A stretch of 59,741 nucleotides of DNA, the filler included, from Sphacelaria rigidula (taxonomy: Eukaryota): assembly GCA_964200075.2 (NCBI GenBank). It is 4 parts of 4 records of this genome, joined end to end, with 100 filler letters (N's around TTAATTAATTAA, not from the genome) between each part and the next. Parts side by side here need not be neighbours in the genome. Positions count along the whole stretch, not along the records: positions 1 to 14,867 come from CAXNAA020002012.1; positions 14,968 to 29,834 come from CAXNAA020002013.1; 2 more parts are not named here. The stretch is one strand, 5' to 3'. The stretch's first letter is position 1, and each line of letters opens with the position of its first letter. The notes beneath the pieces were generated by a model, which worked only from the letters and a program-made list of their open reading frames with translations, was not told the DNA's origin and searched no databases. This document shows, one piece after another, positions 12,013 to 24,476 of the stretch. The position numbers were made by a program, and so were the translations under genes.

Positions 12013-12953
12013 GTTTTTTATGGAGATTTGAGCTGTACATGAACATATTTAAGTTGATGGGTTTTGCGCTGTTACTGCACTTTGTAATGTACTGTATCAT
12101 TCAATTGTACTACATAGCTCATTGTGATGCATACGCACCACCTCATTACCCCCGGCATAGAAACACCGTATACCGCACACTGCACACGCGTCTGCTTCTT
12201 CCCTGATTGCCAAAAAGTACGACGCACAATTTACCAACGCCACAGGCATTCTTGTTTTCGTAGTCTTCTCGGCCACCGCTGTACCTGAATTGAAGCGGTT
12301 TACTGAACGATGAGAGAATTGTACCTATTTATGGTGATCGCCAAAAAGCGAGAATAAGTGCCAAAGTTTCGCTTTTGCGAGACAACAGTAATGGGCGATG
12401 GCACACTTCCGATTGCTTCTCACAGCGCAATACACGGTCAAATCACCCCGAGAATGAGTTAAAGCTATGGTGCAGGAGCCGGCCATATCTTCATTTTGTT
12501 ATCGTCATTGTCATCGGGACCGGGTTAACCCGTAGACCGCGATGCGGGCAGTCCATCTGGATAACGCATACTTTTTCATGTAAAATTGATGCCGATTGAG
12601 CAGGTGACTTATCCTCACGACCATAATATTTTTGAGCTTTGAAATTATCAACACAGAGCATTGTCTTTTATGCTCGAGCTGGCAGTGGGAAGTCACGCAG
12701 ACTCGACCACGCGACGAGTAGCGAGAGATATGAGAGAGTGCGACATCATTATACTGCTGTACTACCGACTGTATTCCGCGTTGGATGTGCTGGCTCCGAT
12801 TGAGCAGGGTGTGATTTCTTTCATTTGTACAGGAGCGGACACAAAAACAGCACAGCACACGACACAATCCTTTACGCAGATCAAACCACTTCGACATACT
12901 GCAGCACACGACAGAACTGTGTAGTGACATGCGCCATCATCACCTGTAGAGTT

Positions 12954-14557
12954 CATGATCCGCTCTCCCCTCCGTGTTGTGCAACACGGCGCGATCTTCA
13001 TCCGTCAATCAAAAGAGTAACATTGTTGGACTGTTACCTTCATTTGCCCGAAATATGACACTCACCGGTTTTGAAAGATGCTGCGCAGAGGGTTAGTAGG
13101 TGTCCGGGAGCAAGTGATTCGTGCGGGGGCGGCGTGCATCTCTGTGCGCGAAATCTGGCTCGTTGGAAAATGACACGCGGAGCAGTCGGAAAACGGTCAA
13201 CCGACAGTAATCTCTGGCTCCGAGGAGGTTATGACAGCTACAACAGAAAGATAGGACGAACAGCTCTATTTCCGGAATAGAGGTGTTGATGGACAGTTCC
13301 GAAATGTTGTCTTTTTTCACGGTAAATTTGCAGCCTTTGACCTACTGATTCATGGATAGATTGATAGATCACCACACCTCGGTTTTTTGAAAACGTAATG
13401 CGATTTTTGGGCGGGTTCTGTGTGCATGTGAGATAGAAAACGTACGGTGGAATCGAATCTGCTCGTGTCTGGTACGTTCTCGACATGGATGTTCACAACC
13501 ATCTACGAAAATATATAGCGTGAACGAATCAATAATGAGCGACATCGATTCGACCGCACGTTTTCGAGTCAAAAACAATTTGATAAGACACGGCCTGATC
13601 CCATCATCAGATTGACGTTCGAGGCCTCTTTATCAACTGGTTGGAAAAAATGGTTGACGCACTATACAGAACACTCGGGCAAGGGGGTTCAGAGTATTCT
13701 CTAAAGAACGTGTGCGTTACCAGAGCTTAAATCGACGCCTATAAGCCGATTTTGGAACAAAACACGTCCTGGACGAGCTGGGTCTCCTGCTCACACCTGC
13801 TCACCTGTATCTGTTGATCGTTTCATCCATCGCCCCGACTAACACTAAAACGAGTACATTACGATTTCAATAATTTTTCCCGACCAGTTTGTTACATCTG
13901 TTGGTTCGTTCTGGGTGAACATACCAACGGCTGGGCCGGTAATGAATCGGAACCAGTGGCATTCGATGCGTTGTATTCCACAGCGTTATTACTAGCCATA
14001 TATATGATAATGCGTAATGCTACAGAGGTTTGAATCTTTACAATGGGAACCGGTCGGTACGATAGCGCAAAAATGTATGTCCGAATAGGAACAGTACCGT
14101 TCGAACATGGGGCTATTTACGATTGCAGGTTTGAGCTGAGGGTCAACACCGTGTGTGTCATTTCTTGAGGGATTTTGGACGGGAGATAGGTAGCTGATAC
14201 AAAAAAAAGAATTTGGAACAGAGCACATGGTGGGTTTGCGATAATCGTTTGCAACCCTTCGCATAGTGAATGAAAACATTATGCTGGATCGTGCCAGAGA
14301 TTACTGTCGGTTGACCGTTTTCCGACTGCTCCGCGTGTCATTTTCCAACGAGCCAGATTTCGCGCACAGAGATGCACGCCTCCCCCGCACGAACCACTTG
14401 CTCCCGGACACCTACTAACCCTCTGCGCAGCATCTTTCAAAACCGGTGAGTGTCATATTTCGGACAAATGAAGGTAACAGTCCAACAATGTTACTCTTTT
14501 GATTGACGGATGAAGATCGCGCCGTGTTGCACAACACGGAGGGGAGAGCGGATCATG
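12954..14557. repeat. 265-bp near-perfect inverted repeat (12954-13218 / 14293-14557) with ~1.07-kb spacer
   Basis: Arms are reverse complements with about 3 mismatches by eye; both arms give the same ORF-track peptide HDPLSPPCCATRRDLHPSIKRVTLLDCYLHL. Confidence 0.9.
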
Positions 14558-14867
14558 TTGTGCCCGTCGCGTGCGGAGTGATCCGTTCGACAGAACCACG
14601 TGCACTTCATCTGCACGGTATTGATTAGTGTTGGCTCGCCAGTGTTGGCACAACGAGAACGAAATACAAGAGGTCTGCGAGACTGCGGACTGCGGGAGGG
14701 TCTTTGATACACCGGCCAGTCACCACTTCATCGATATGTGATGTATGCAGTTTAGCAGAGATGGCGCACTGGGTACCATGTGCGTGGTCGGTCGAGATAC
14801 GTGAATTTTTCGAAATCAGCGGCTGCATACTCGTCGGATCAACGAGTAACGTCCACAGTACGGTCCC

Positions 14868-14967
14868 NNNNNNNNNNNNNNNNNNNNNNNNNNNNNNNNN
14901 NNNNNNNNNNNTTAATTAATTAANNNNNNNNNNNNNNNNNNNNNNNNNNNNNNNNNNNNNNNNNNNN
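14868..14967. other. Artificial contig linker N44-TTAATTAATTAA-N44
   Basis: Exactly 100 bp; the central 12-mer has stops in all six frames. Confidence 0.97.
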
Positions 14968-15134
14968 GAAGGCAAGCACCGCAGAATGAAGATGGGGTAT
15001 TAAAAACAAGTAGAGAAGAAAAACGCTCCTGTGTCGACCTTCCTCCTGTGTGACCCCGGCTGATGCATCCACATATACCGAAAGGTGTAGACTGGTGCCC
15101 AGAATGAATGGGACGACAACACAACACAACACAC
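14968..15134 (+). mobile_element. 3' part of tRNA-SINE family 2 with (CACAA)n tail
   Basis: Reverse complement of 7790-7910; ends ...GGGACGACAACACAACACAACACACA. Confidence 0.65.
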
Positions 15135-15777
15135 ATATTGGAGTATTGCGATGTATTGCCGGCGTAGTATATATTGGTACCCTTGGACTGTACACGTATT
15201 GCGCGCCAATATATATTTGATGCGGTGGGACTGCATACATATTATTGCCCGCTCAATATATATATACTGGTACAATAGGATTGCACACTATTGACCATCA
15301 ATAGATATCGGGGCAGTGTGAGCGGCGACACATTGCACGACCAATATATATTAGGGTCACATTGGTGAGAACATATTGACCGGTCAAAAATGCATCGGGG
15401 CCGCGTGGGTGTCCATGTATTGGCCGGTCAATATTGGATATTACAAGTATGGTGTGCGCTTTAAGAAATATCCAGACGCCATGAATGCCGGAGCCCATGA
15501 AGATTGGGAAACGCTTCAGAGGGAGCTGCAAATTTATTCGGGATCTACCTAGCATGTTGGAATAGTAATCCTGGCGTACTTTCACATACTTCATAAGTCG
15601 TGTTTTGGATGAGATGAAAGACTCAAAACAATTCCAACTTGAGAAAATATTTGTGCACCCCTACCGTAGCATACTCCAGACGCGATGGATGACGGAGCCC
15701 GTGTAGATCGGGAAACGCTTAGAAGGAAGCCGCAGAAGTTCGCGTGCATTGCTACGGAGAGTTGGCGAATGCGTTTG

Positions 15778-15808
<31 letters not shown>

Positions 15809-17010
15809 CCAGAGAATATGGTGACAGAAGAAGCGACCCGGTACATATACACCGTCTGATACCCATTTGGCCACCGGTGCGGTGCCGCCCATCCCCAGTT
15901 AAAGCATGTGATATATCTTGGCTGAACAGTACGGAGGCAGAAAACGCGGGTCGATATGCGCCTTTTGGTACCCCTCTGGCCAACGGTGCTATGTTGCTCA
16001 TACTCTGGACAACAGCAATATGTTCCAACATGATACCAACACATTGTATTGGAGACAGGGCAAATGTTGTCCTTTCAATATATATATATATATATATATA
16101 TCGTGCTGAGATGTCCTCGGAGACATTGTAGCAACAATATATATTTATCGTGTCATGATCGTGAAGTAATGCATGACAACATACATTGAACATGCATTTG
16201 CTCCGGGAACGAAACACTCAAAATATGTTGTGCATGCCGGCCGTTTATGCATTGGAGTGTCAACATGTATCGAGTCGAAGCGATGCGCAACATTTTGTCA
16301 CCATAATATATGTTGATCACAAACCATGCAGAGGTATTATTTTTCCAATATATATTGCGCACGCTCATCGCATAGCTATTGTGCGGCCTATATATATATA
16401 TACATATATTGACCACGCTCGCGGAAGAATATGCTCAGCGTTTTCAGCATCTGGTAATACATCTTACAATGGCGCCCGCGAACATAAAACTGCCTCCTAT
16501 ACTAATTCTGATATAATTTCCAATATACATGTTGAATCATCAATATATAATGCTACGACAATATACATTGTGACCGTCGGTTCCCTCGTGTATTGTCCGC
16601 GCAATATATTTTGGACACATTGACGCACGACATATTGGAGCGGCAATATATATTGGCGCTTCGGGTATTGAGTATACTGAATCGTCATTATACTGTATAT
16701 CGATCCCGTGTGGCAGCCAATATATTACTCGATAATATACATTGGCACCTTACCGCACCAACGTTCTACTCGGTCAATATGTATTGAGGTGGCGCGTGTC
16801 GTGATATATTGTTCGGTCGATGTATATGGCATGTCGCGAGCCTTGACATCTTGATGACACAATATATATATATATATATATTGACCTGTCTCTCGTGCCA
16901 TCATATTGCTCGCCCAATATATATTGGCCATCCAACGTGTCGACATATTGAACGGGCAATGAGTATGTACACACACACACATATATATATATATATATCA
17001 CATATTGTAC
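15134..17010. repeat. Dispersed array of ATATTG-N6-CAATAT palindromic motifs with (TA)n tracts
   Basis: About 15 TTG-N(5-6)-CAA dyads plus many half-sites; spacers vary in sequence. Confidence 0.75.
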
Positions 17011-17934
17011 TGTCCAGGTCGTGATCAATTTCTACAGTGCGGATTTTGCCTCCGGCTGTTTCTCAAATCGTATTGCAGCTTGCTTCCCACTCCCATGCTA
17101 CGCGTAATTTGGTACGGGGCTGTGAGGACGTAACCAAATTATGCTCTTCAGCTGTTCTACTACTGTGGTGTAATGACCGTGAGAAATTTCGCGTCATTGT
17201 ACGTGATGAATGTGCTTAGTAGTTTGGTGGTGTAAATAGCTTCACGTATAGGCCTCCTACAATACTACCCCACGCACAGCGTTCATAGAGCCGTGTAATG
17301 ATGAACAAGGCGTGTGTGTGCCATTTCGAAGTTGCGTTCCACGGAGTACACCTGACATTCCTCCCCCGCCCGCCCGCCCCACACCGCGTACGCTAGGCAA
17401 CCAGGTTACCGATTTTGTGCTACCTTGCGTTTTTTGCGGCAGCCATGTTGGTGGTCGAGTTAGATCATATTGCGCGGGATGGAAACCCCGAACTCTGCGA
17501 AATGGGGATAGTCGTGCTACGTGGTGTTTCTATTGGCAGACACCCATGAGGGAGTGTGTGGCTCGTGGATGCCTCTGAAAGTGGGGATACCAGAACATGA
17601 AGCAACACCATCGAGGTTTTCATCCACATTCAAGATACTTAGTACGCTGTGGGCCGAACAGTCTAAGCGGGATGCAGTTCACCCTTCATGTGACTCGCCA
17701 AACACATCAGGATGCTTCTTCGCGCTTGGTAATTGATATGCGAGCCTGATCGGGCGAGAACCCGGCGTGTTCGGTCCCGGCTTTGTTTGGATGCGAGGTC
17801 CATAATTTAGTTTTCTAACTATGACATGATGGACCTTATACCTACGACATGCAATATCATGAGTGCACCTCCCCTCCCCTGATGCTCCACAATTATTTAT
17901 GTCTTATTGTTCTCGCCCCATGTGTCTGAACAAG

Positions 17935-18056
17935 TGGGGAGCGACGGCATGCGTTGGAACTCTTATCGACAACAGCGTGGTCCAGCTGTTCCTGTTTTGC
18001 TCGATCCGACTCGCTGTATTCATCACGCTGGCGTGGCTCAAGCCATACGCAAACAG
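17935..18056 (+). CDS. TRP-like multipass membrane protein, internal exon A (WGATACVGTLIDNSVVQLFLFCSIRLAVFITLAWLKPYAN)
   Basis: AG|GTTTGT phase-2 donor matches the next exon. QL...hydrophobic...KPY..N resembles the C-terminal helices of the TRP-like (PF06011-type) family. The acceptor (AAG) is less certain. Confidence 0.6.
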
Positions 18057-18578
18057 GTTTGTGAAAAACGTCAAACTACAGTACCGGACCACGTAGAGGC
18101 GCTACTTACTAGGAGAGTTGATAGATTTTGGAGCTTTTCGGGGAACCGCACTCCACAATGCTTGCGTTGATATGGCATTTGGTCGGTGGGTATGGCATAT
18201 GGTGCGTAAGGATAGATCGGGTGGACAAGCGTTTGTCGTCGGCTACCTTCAAACACGCGAGGAATGCTTGGAGCTGAATGCCATGGTATTTATCGTCGTC
18301 TGGGGGGCGAATACGCCGCAACATAGCGCGCGACCTGGTGTAGATTTGCTCACGATTTAAGGTAATACTCCACTCACTACCCCAGAGTATAGCTTACAAT
18401 GGAGCCATCTTGGCGAACTCAGTCTTTCGGAGTAGTAGTGAAACATAGACGGACAAGGAGTATCGGCGATATATAACAGAGATCTTTGGTAGTGCTAGTG
18501 GAAAACCTACAATCCGTTCACCTCAGGCTGTAAAAACAGACTCTCTTGAATCGTTGAACGATTCCCGCGCCCATCCAG

Positions 18579-18727
18579 TGTGACGAATACGGTGGAAATG
18601 TTCGCGGTGGGAAAAGACGGTGTCAGCTTGTTCCTTCTCGCTCTGTCCGCCCTGGTCTGGGAGGGCACTGAGGCGGCGCGAACAATCAACAATGTCATCG
18701 GCGGCTTGGAGATCGCATCAATCATCG
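18579..18727 (+). CDS. TRP-like membrane protein, exon B (VTNTVEMFAVG...GGLEIASII)
   Basis: ccatccag acceptor (phase 2) and G|GTGAGC donor (phase 1); both phases match the neighbouring exons; hydrophobic helices. Confidence 0.7.
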
Positions 18728-19492
18728 GTGAGCCATTTTATGGGAATACTTTAGGTTATCACCATCAACGCCCACAGCCGCCTGAAGAAGCGCAAAGCAA
18801 GGATGATTCCGACGATATACGTTCATCACGCACTCACTTTATCTGCTACATATAGCCAAAATTTCGTGAGATTGAGAGTGCAGCTTCTCATCGAGAGTGA
18901 GCTTTTTAGCCCATTTTCACGTGAAAAGTTGGTGCGTCGCCCTGATTACCAACCCTGGCGGCAAAAGGGTCAACATTTCGAAGAGATAGTCCTCGGATGT
19001 ATTATCTGAAGGCGAGTAAACGCCGATATACGACGCTTTGAAAGCGCGATAGGTAAATATTCTACACTCGCGGTTAACGCATAAGACGGAAAGTTTTTTG
19101 GAATGCATGGCATGATGTGCGATCTCTCATCATAACCGGCATTCATTCAAAGTACAGCAGCGCACCAATGAGGGGAATTTTTCGATGGTTGGTAAACTAA
19201 TTCTCCTTCTTTGTTGTTAGTTGAACAAAACGGATCGCTTGTAGTCAACACTCGTACAGCTACCGACTCTACGTGAAGACATGTCCCGCACTTCATTCGA
19301 ATTAACCCTTCGACCGCTCGGGCAGGTGATCCGTTGAATCGGCGTCACTACACCCGACATTCAGCAGTGTTGATGTTTCATCCATTCACAGAAACGCACA
19401 ATAGCTATATCCGCTCACGGTGCTCGAACTGATGCAACATAGTGTGTCAGCATGCCAAGGCTTCCCCTTGTTGACACGCCGCGCTGTTGCAG

Positions 19493-19611
19493 GGATGACA
19501 ATACCGGTGTACATGGACACTTTGGCGCTCGTCTTTGGCATGATATGGGCAGAGGCACACAAGGTTGCTGGCAGACTGTGCTGCTGCTGCTGCTGTAGAA
19601 GACAGACAAAT
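19493..19611 (+). CDS. TRP-like membrane protein, exon C (GMTIPVYMDTLALVFGMIWAEAHKVAGRLCCCCCRRQTN)
   Basis: tgttgcag acceptor (phase 1) and |GTGAGA donor (phase 0); TM helix followed by a juxtamembrane Cys cluster. Confidence 0.7.
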
Positions 19612-21409
19612 GTGAGATCTGTAAACATGGTGGGGATATGGGCGTCGTGGCGCGGCGCTCTCTCGTTTAGCAGACTTGAACAGGGGATGCGCAAGGGTTG
19701 TTAGACGTGCTTGCGTAGTCAAGCAAATACGATGAAAGAGACTGGTTTCCACAGGCGCTTATTTGGCCAACAGTTGATGAAACACAATATCTTCTTCACA
19801 CAGATAACTGTAGCAGTATACTGCGTAACCAGATTTGCAGGAGAGAAGCGTGACCTGGGAACAGTGGGATAGTGTACTGGAAGAGTGAGACATAAAGGGT
19901 TAGGACCTCTCTGAATCACATGAAACAAGATGGCGCGCGCACGGGGATGATTCAGTTCAGCGTGTAAGGTTACTGATTGGTCCAGCACAAAAGTACAAGA
20001 TACAAATGCAGTGCTGCCGTACTATTGATAATGGTTAAATCTGCACGACCCCAACACATTCCTAAACGGATGCAGGCTGAGCGTTGTCAAATCGTAATGC
20101 ATGGCACCGCATTTGGATGCACACGAGCAGCACACATAAACATGAACTATACTATCTATACGGTCCACACACGTAACTGCCCGTGTTTTATTCTGGTTCT
20201 AAACGGGTGTTCAGCATGCTACCATACACGTTGATCGCCGCCGCGAATGATTGGACGCCATGGTGGAACAGGTTCAAGATTTGTGCATAAATTTGATCAT
20301 TTCGCGATTGAATGCTATTGAAAGTTCTATGCAGATTGATCATTGAACGACGACTTTGAACAGAAGACCTGAAACATTTCACGGTAACATTGAATCGTCA
20401 AGGGTACAACATGAAAGTGCCCTCGTAATGGCATCAAACGTTCCAGTTCTCGGGCAGGAAATGAGGACGTTGAGTTTGAGTAAAGCGCTAGAAGCCTATG
20501 CTAGGGGTTATCTCTTGTACGGTATTTTGGTCAAGCTCGAGGAATCCCCGCGTTCTCATAACTTGCACCCAAACGTTGACGATGTGAGTTAAATGTACCC
20601 AACCGCGGCGCCTATGCGGGTGTAGTGCGACAAAGCTCATAACTTTTCACTACCTCTCGCATTACGTACCCAATCTCGCGTGGCTAGTGCTTACAGAAAC
20701 ACGGGGAAAATGTTCGAAGGTCAATATGCACCTTACCACACGTTTAGAGATACCAGGATGCAATGTCGGAAAATGGCGGGCCAGTGACAAAACGTGTTCT
20801 AGGCATACATTTTGCGTCGCATCACTCGAAACGCGCAAGCCTCTTGTCTTTATCATGATACATTTACTGGCTTTGAGTGTGTGAGAAAATGTTTTTAAAG
20901 TAAGCGCTGGGCTGTTCCATCAGTATGTGGACACTGTCACGAGGTTGAACGGCGTTTATCACCATACTCCTCGGACCTTTGAATTTGACATTTGGCATTT
21001 TACGCGGTAAGGATTACAGGTCTGGTCAGACTTGATCAGTAGATGAGTATGATGTGTGCTCTGCAGCGTCAGCTTCATTTGGCTTACTTCCACGAAAAGC
21101 AATCGCTGGAAGCCACTCAACCCGGTGAGACGAATGAAAGAGCGTTGAAGGAGTGACACAGAATACCAAAATCAAAGGGTTTGCAATACATGCACTGCTG
21201 CTGGCCACAGGTAGCTGAAATTTACTGGGGGTGTTTACTCAATACCGCAGTATAGAGAAGGGCTACCTTTGCGGTTAGTGGTGGCGTGACTCAATCAATG
21301 ATTGTCACTCAAAGACACTTCCATGATTATTTCATCAGCGAAGCTGATGATCGTCTCGTCCCACCAGCCGCAGTCCTGATGGACTTGAGGCGCATAAGGA
21401 GGGGGGAAA

Positions 21410-21759
21410 TGTGGAAAACACCTCTTTGCAGTGACATATCAGAGACTGATGCCACACACGTATGAGGAACCAGCGCAAGCAGGGACAAGGGAGGAACGGT
21501 CCGGAAGGACCAGATCACCGAGGACCCTGTAATGCGAACGAAACTAGACAACTCGGGGTGATGCCAGGAAGAGCCTAATCTTAGGACGGTCCAACATCCC
21601 CCGAGGAACTGGTCGCCCCTGGCGACCACTTCTCGCCTGCCCTACTTCTTGCCTACATATACAAGAGGAAATTATCGCCAGCCTGGGAGTTCCTTCGGCA
21701 TCAGGACGACAGTCTCCCCCGTAGGTCTCTCTCTATTCTAGCGATACGCCTTCCTCACA
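21410..21759 (+). mobile_element. LTR of an LTR retrotransposon (TG...CA) preceded by a polypurine tract
   Basis: AAGGAGGGGGGAAA immediately before TGTGGAAAA; ends TTCCTCACA (imperfect terminal inverted repeat). Confidence 0.55.
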
Positions 21760-21920
21760 AATACTGAAATATTGGAACGGTGACTACCACCTTCTGCGGA
21801 GTCGCGGTCTCCCTCAACCCTCCAGGGTGTACTGTTTCAGCTCCGGAGTTCCCTACCCTACCAAGACTCGCTCGGAGTTTTCCGTTTTTCGACGAATTTT
21901 CATGTTATCTCGTTTTATCG

Positions 21921-22120
21921 GGTGCGTTGTACTGCGCCGCGCGTTTTTTGGACCGCATTAGAGTTCGAAACACCCCGGGGCCAACGTCTTTCAAGATCGC
22001 TGGGGCCAGTCCCTGCAGGGGGTCACGCCCCTGACCCTAACCCTAACCCTAACCATAGGGGTGTTCAACTCCGATGCGGTCCAAAAAGAACGCGGTCCGC
22101 TCGAGTATTACAGCGCCACC
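21921..22120. mobile_element. ~200-bp TIR element containing (CCCTAA)3
   Basis: GCGTTTTTTGGACCGCATTAGAGTT...CACCCC versus GGGGTG...AACTCCGATGCGGTCCAAAAAGAACGC; telomeric hexamers at 22035-22052. Confidence 0.6.
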
Positions 22121-22859
22121 AGCCATATGTTCACTGTCCCGGGTTAAAAGTTCATTCCCCTCCGTGCGTGATGTTCACGACCATCGCTTGAGCTTCATCG
22201 CTAGTGAGCACTGCTAGCCCTGGCAAATTTTTCCACCGCCACCGAAAGGTTCATGGTTCTTCTTTTGGCAGTCTGCGCAAGGTTCGATTTCTCCGCACGC
22301 GATATACTTATCGTCGAACTTCTTTGCGCCGATGCCACCCTTCAGCTGCCCTTTCCGGCAGTCCTTGGTGTCGTGGTTCCTTTCTCTACAATTGGCGCAG
22401 CCTCTTGGTGATTGTGGCCCACGTCATCTTCCAGCAGTCAGCCCAAGGTTTCGCGGTTTTCTTCTCGCATAGATTTCTATTATTCGCGGCGCTTGTTGAT
22501 ACCGTCAGCATAACGGCATCCAATCCTTCTTTGTAGGCTAGCATCTCTCGACCGTTGCACACAACACGTTTTCTTCACGCGAAAGTCATGCTTTGCCGTT
22601 CAGCATCCTTCCTTCCGCCTTGTTTTTGCTGCGCTATAACCCTCTTATGGCGATGTTCCCTTCATCGACAGTCACGCTTACGGTCACCCCCCTCAGCGGT
22701 TGGAAAATTGACACACAGCTTCAAATATTGCTGTACTTTTCCGTGTTTAACACTGTTCTTGAGATGCACACATGGAGGGTAAGGCACAGATAGGCAAGAC
22801 GGGCGTGATCCTAGGAGTTTCGCACGTGGATACTAGAACTTAATAGATGTATCCTGATG

Positions 22860-23850
22860 AATGTGATTGTACCAAAGCTGGAATATGACGGAGAAGTATC
22901 GGAGGGGAATGCAAAGTCGGTGAAGAAGCTGGAAACAGTATAGATGACAGCAGCTAGGAAATACTTGGGTGTTCAAAAACGACGAGTTATACAGTATTGA
23001 GAGCTGAGTTGGGATTGTATCCACTTGAAACAAAAAGAGGCATAAAAAACTGAAATGGCAATATAGCGTGAGGAGAATATCAAGAAAGAGATTGTCAGCC
23101 TTGTGAGGGCCGTATGGAAGAAAGTAACGAAAGGGCGGGCTGGAATAAGGTTGGATAGCATAGTCGAGAAAGTATGGAAGGACAAAGGAGTAAACCGAGA
23201 CGAAATTATGCCCATAGGTAATGTGGCGGGTATGAGACAAAGATACGGAACATGATAGAAAAAAGGATGAAAGAAGCGCTAAGACGGAAAGTAAACGGGG
23301 AAGTGCACCTGGAGATATACGTGCGGGGGGTTGATAGAGGGGGTGGGGATGAAGACATATCTGCATGGCTCAATGGACCCCTCGAAAAAAATGGATATTA
23401 CGACTTTTGGTGGGAGACCTGGACCTGCCAGAAAGAAGGAAGAGATACCCCAGTTGTTGAGTAGAGGAGTAAGCTAATGCACAGAATTGCCCCCGTAGCA
23501 AAGCAATGGAGAGTAGAACTCATATAGTGGCAGAATGCCAACTATACAAGGAGGCACGGGACGTGTTAGAGGGGGAATGTGGGGAGTAAACGAAGGTGGC
23601 ATGATGAAAGCGTTTGATGCATGAGACAGTAGCGAGAAGACGAGGACTATACTAGAGATAGAGAGTAGCCACAGGTGGCGAATCACAAAGGGGATAATAA
23701 GATGTGTAAAACATTTTCGCTTAATATATGGAAGAAACGTACTGAGCGCTCAGGTGTTGAATATGCCTCTAATCATAGTAGAAACGGTGCCCGGTCTCGA
23801 AAGGGATGCATGGTTAATGGTCAAACGACTAAGGCAAGTAATGAAGGAAT
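22860..23850 (+). mobile_element. Degenerate non-LTR retrotransposon (LINE) ORF2 3' end
   Basis: Frameshifted fragments such as ..TAARK.LGCSKTTSYTVLRAELGLYPLETKR..KLKWQY..KRL..AVWKKVTKGRAGIRLDSIVEKVWKD resemble post-RT regions of LINE ORF2. The tail GTCAAACGACTAAGGCAAG also occurs at ~1865. Confidence 0.7.
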
Positions 23851-24341
23851 ACGTCCCTCTCCCCACCCATCTTAGTATGACTCATAATGGTTGTCGATTT
23901 TGGTGCTGGTCGTATGCCACTTCCTGCCGCATCCTGTTATCATATACAGTATCCCCCACGTTGCGTGTCACCCTGCCATGGTTAACGAGGCAAAGGTGTG
24001 CAGCGGCTCTGTGTTAGTCTGTATGACTGACGGATTACTAACTTCTTGGCTCAACTGAGAGCTTTCCCGTTTTTCCTTGCGACTTATCTGCTGCTGGAAG
24101 ATTTCCTGCATCTCATATACTTTCGATGCTCCATGGCGTCTGAAGTACAGCCATACAAATAAATGTTGAACAGAACTTCACCATATCGTGCCAAGCTGAG
24201 AATCCGCATACACATGCTGCCTTGATGTTGAGGCGGCTCAAACAAGACGTGTACAACACTAACGTGCAACTCCACTACTGCTGTTCGCTCACTGACTCAT
24301 ACGAACTCTTTTCCCACGACGGCGCACACATTCGCATGCAG

Positions 24342-24476
24342 GTAGCGGAGAATGCCGACGATAGCCCGCATCCCTGCAAGTGGTGGTTCTCTAACTGGCT
24401 TACCATGGTCCGCCGAAACTTCGTTGCCTTCATACGCGACACCAAGGAGGCGTTCGTGAAGCCCCGCACCTCCTAG
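24342..24476 (+). CDS. Probable terminal exon of the TRP-like protein (VAENADDSPHPCKWWFSNWLTMVRRNFVAFIRDTKEAFVKPRTS*)
   Basis: CTGAC branch site at ~24292 and gcatgcag acceptor; phase 0 matches exon C; coding-like composition. Confidence 0.55.
   Translation, partial: VAENADDSPHPCKWWFSNWLTMVRRNFVAFIRDTKEAFVKPRTS

Noticed and set aside
14912-14923. TTAATTAATTAA as a biological motif
   Set aside because: Identical in all three gaps and centred in N runs; an assembly spacer.
15591-16623. 208-, 148- and 145-aa ORFs
   Set aside because: By-products of the TA-rich dyad array (YIYIYI runs); not protein-like.
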